Made by a program: the position numbers and the translations under genes | Shown here: piece after piece, positions 64,000 to 64,000 of the stretch | Position numbering within the stretch: the first letter of the stretch is position 1 | How the letters are laid out: each line of letters begins with the position of its first letter | Notes under the pieces: model-generated | The model's database searches: none | The model's input: only the letters and a program-made list of their open reading frames with translations | What the model was told of the DNA's origin: nothing | Source of the DNA: an uncultured Clostridia bacterium | GTDB lineage: Bacteria > Bacillota > Clostridia > Christensenellales > UBA1242 | Length of the DNA stretch: 64,000 nucleotides | Assembly (NCBI GenBank): GCA_947366895.1 | Contig: CANBBP010000003.1 | Location: 40,544-104,543 of the forward strand | Direction of reading: 5' to 3'

Positions 64000-64000
64000 T

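Larger units (their letters stand above)
62852..64000. mobile_element. End of a tRNA-integrated prophage or phage-like island, continuing beyond the window
   Basis: att core, tandem AAATTCTACTC arm-like repeats (62923-44), TA-like module, closely packed small minus-strand ORFs with SDs. Confidence 0.8.

Overview
Very AT-rich chromosome of a spore-forming-lineage Firmicute (Clostridia-like, genetic code 11) spanning the replication origin. Left arm: folD, gap, an aminopeptidase, fba, ftsH, a cluster of four perfect parS palindromes, then parB-parA-rsmG-mnmG-mnmE-jag-yidC-yidD-rnpA-rpmH on the minus strand. dnaA-dnaN is inverted relative to the canonical Firmicute order. The dnaA-dnaN spacer (probable oriC) holds two identically built modules, each a DnaA box followed by a tandem pair of NrdR-box-like sites. 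Right arm: recF, gyrB, three small inserted genes (two MazG-like), gyrA, yabP/yabQ, ttcA, greA, a ~1800-aa subtilase-LRR surface protein, transporters, an Fe-ADH/lysoplasmalogenase pair, queH, pyk and tRNA-Val(GAC). The window ends at the boundary of an element integrated in a tRNA (26-bp tRNA 3'-end att site), with a candidate type I toxin-antitoxin module and small phage-like ORFs. All calls come from reading motifs by eye; no searches were run.
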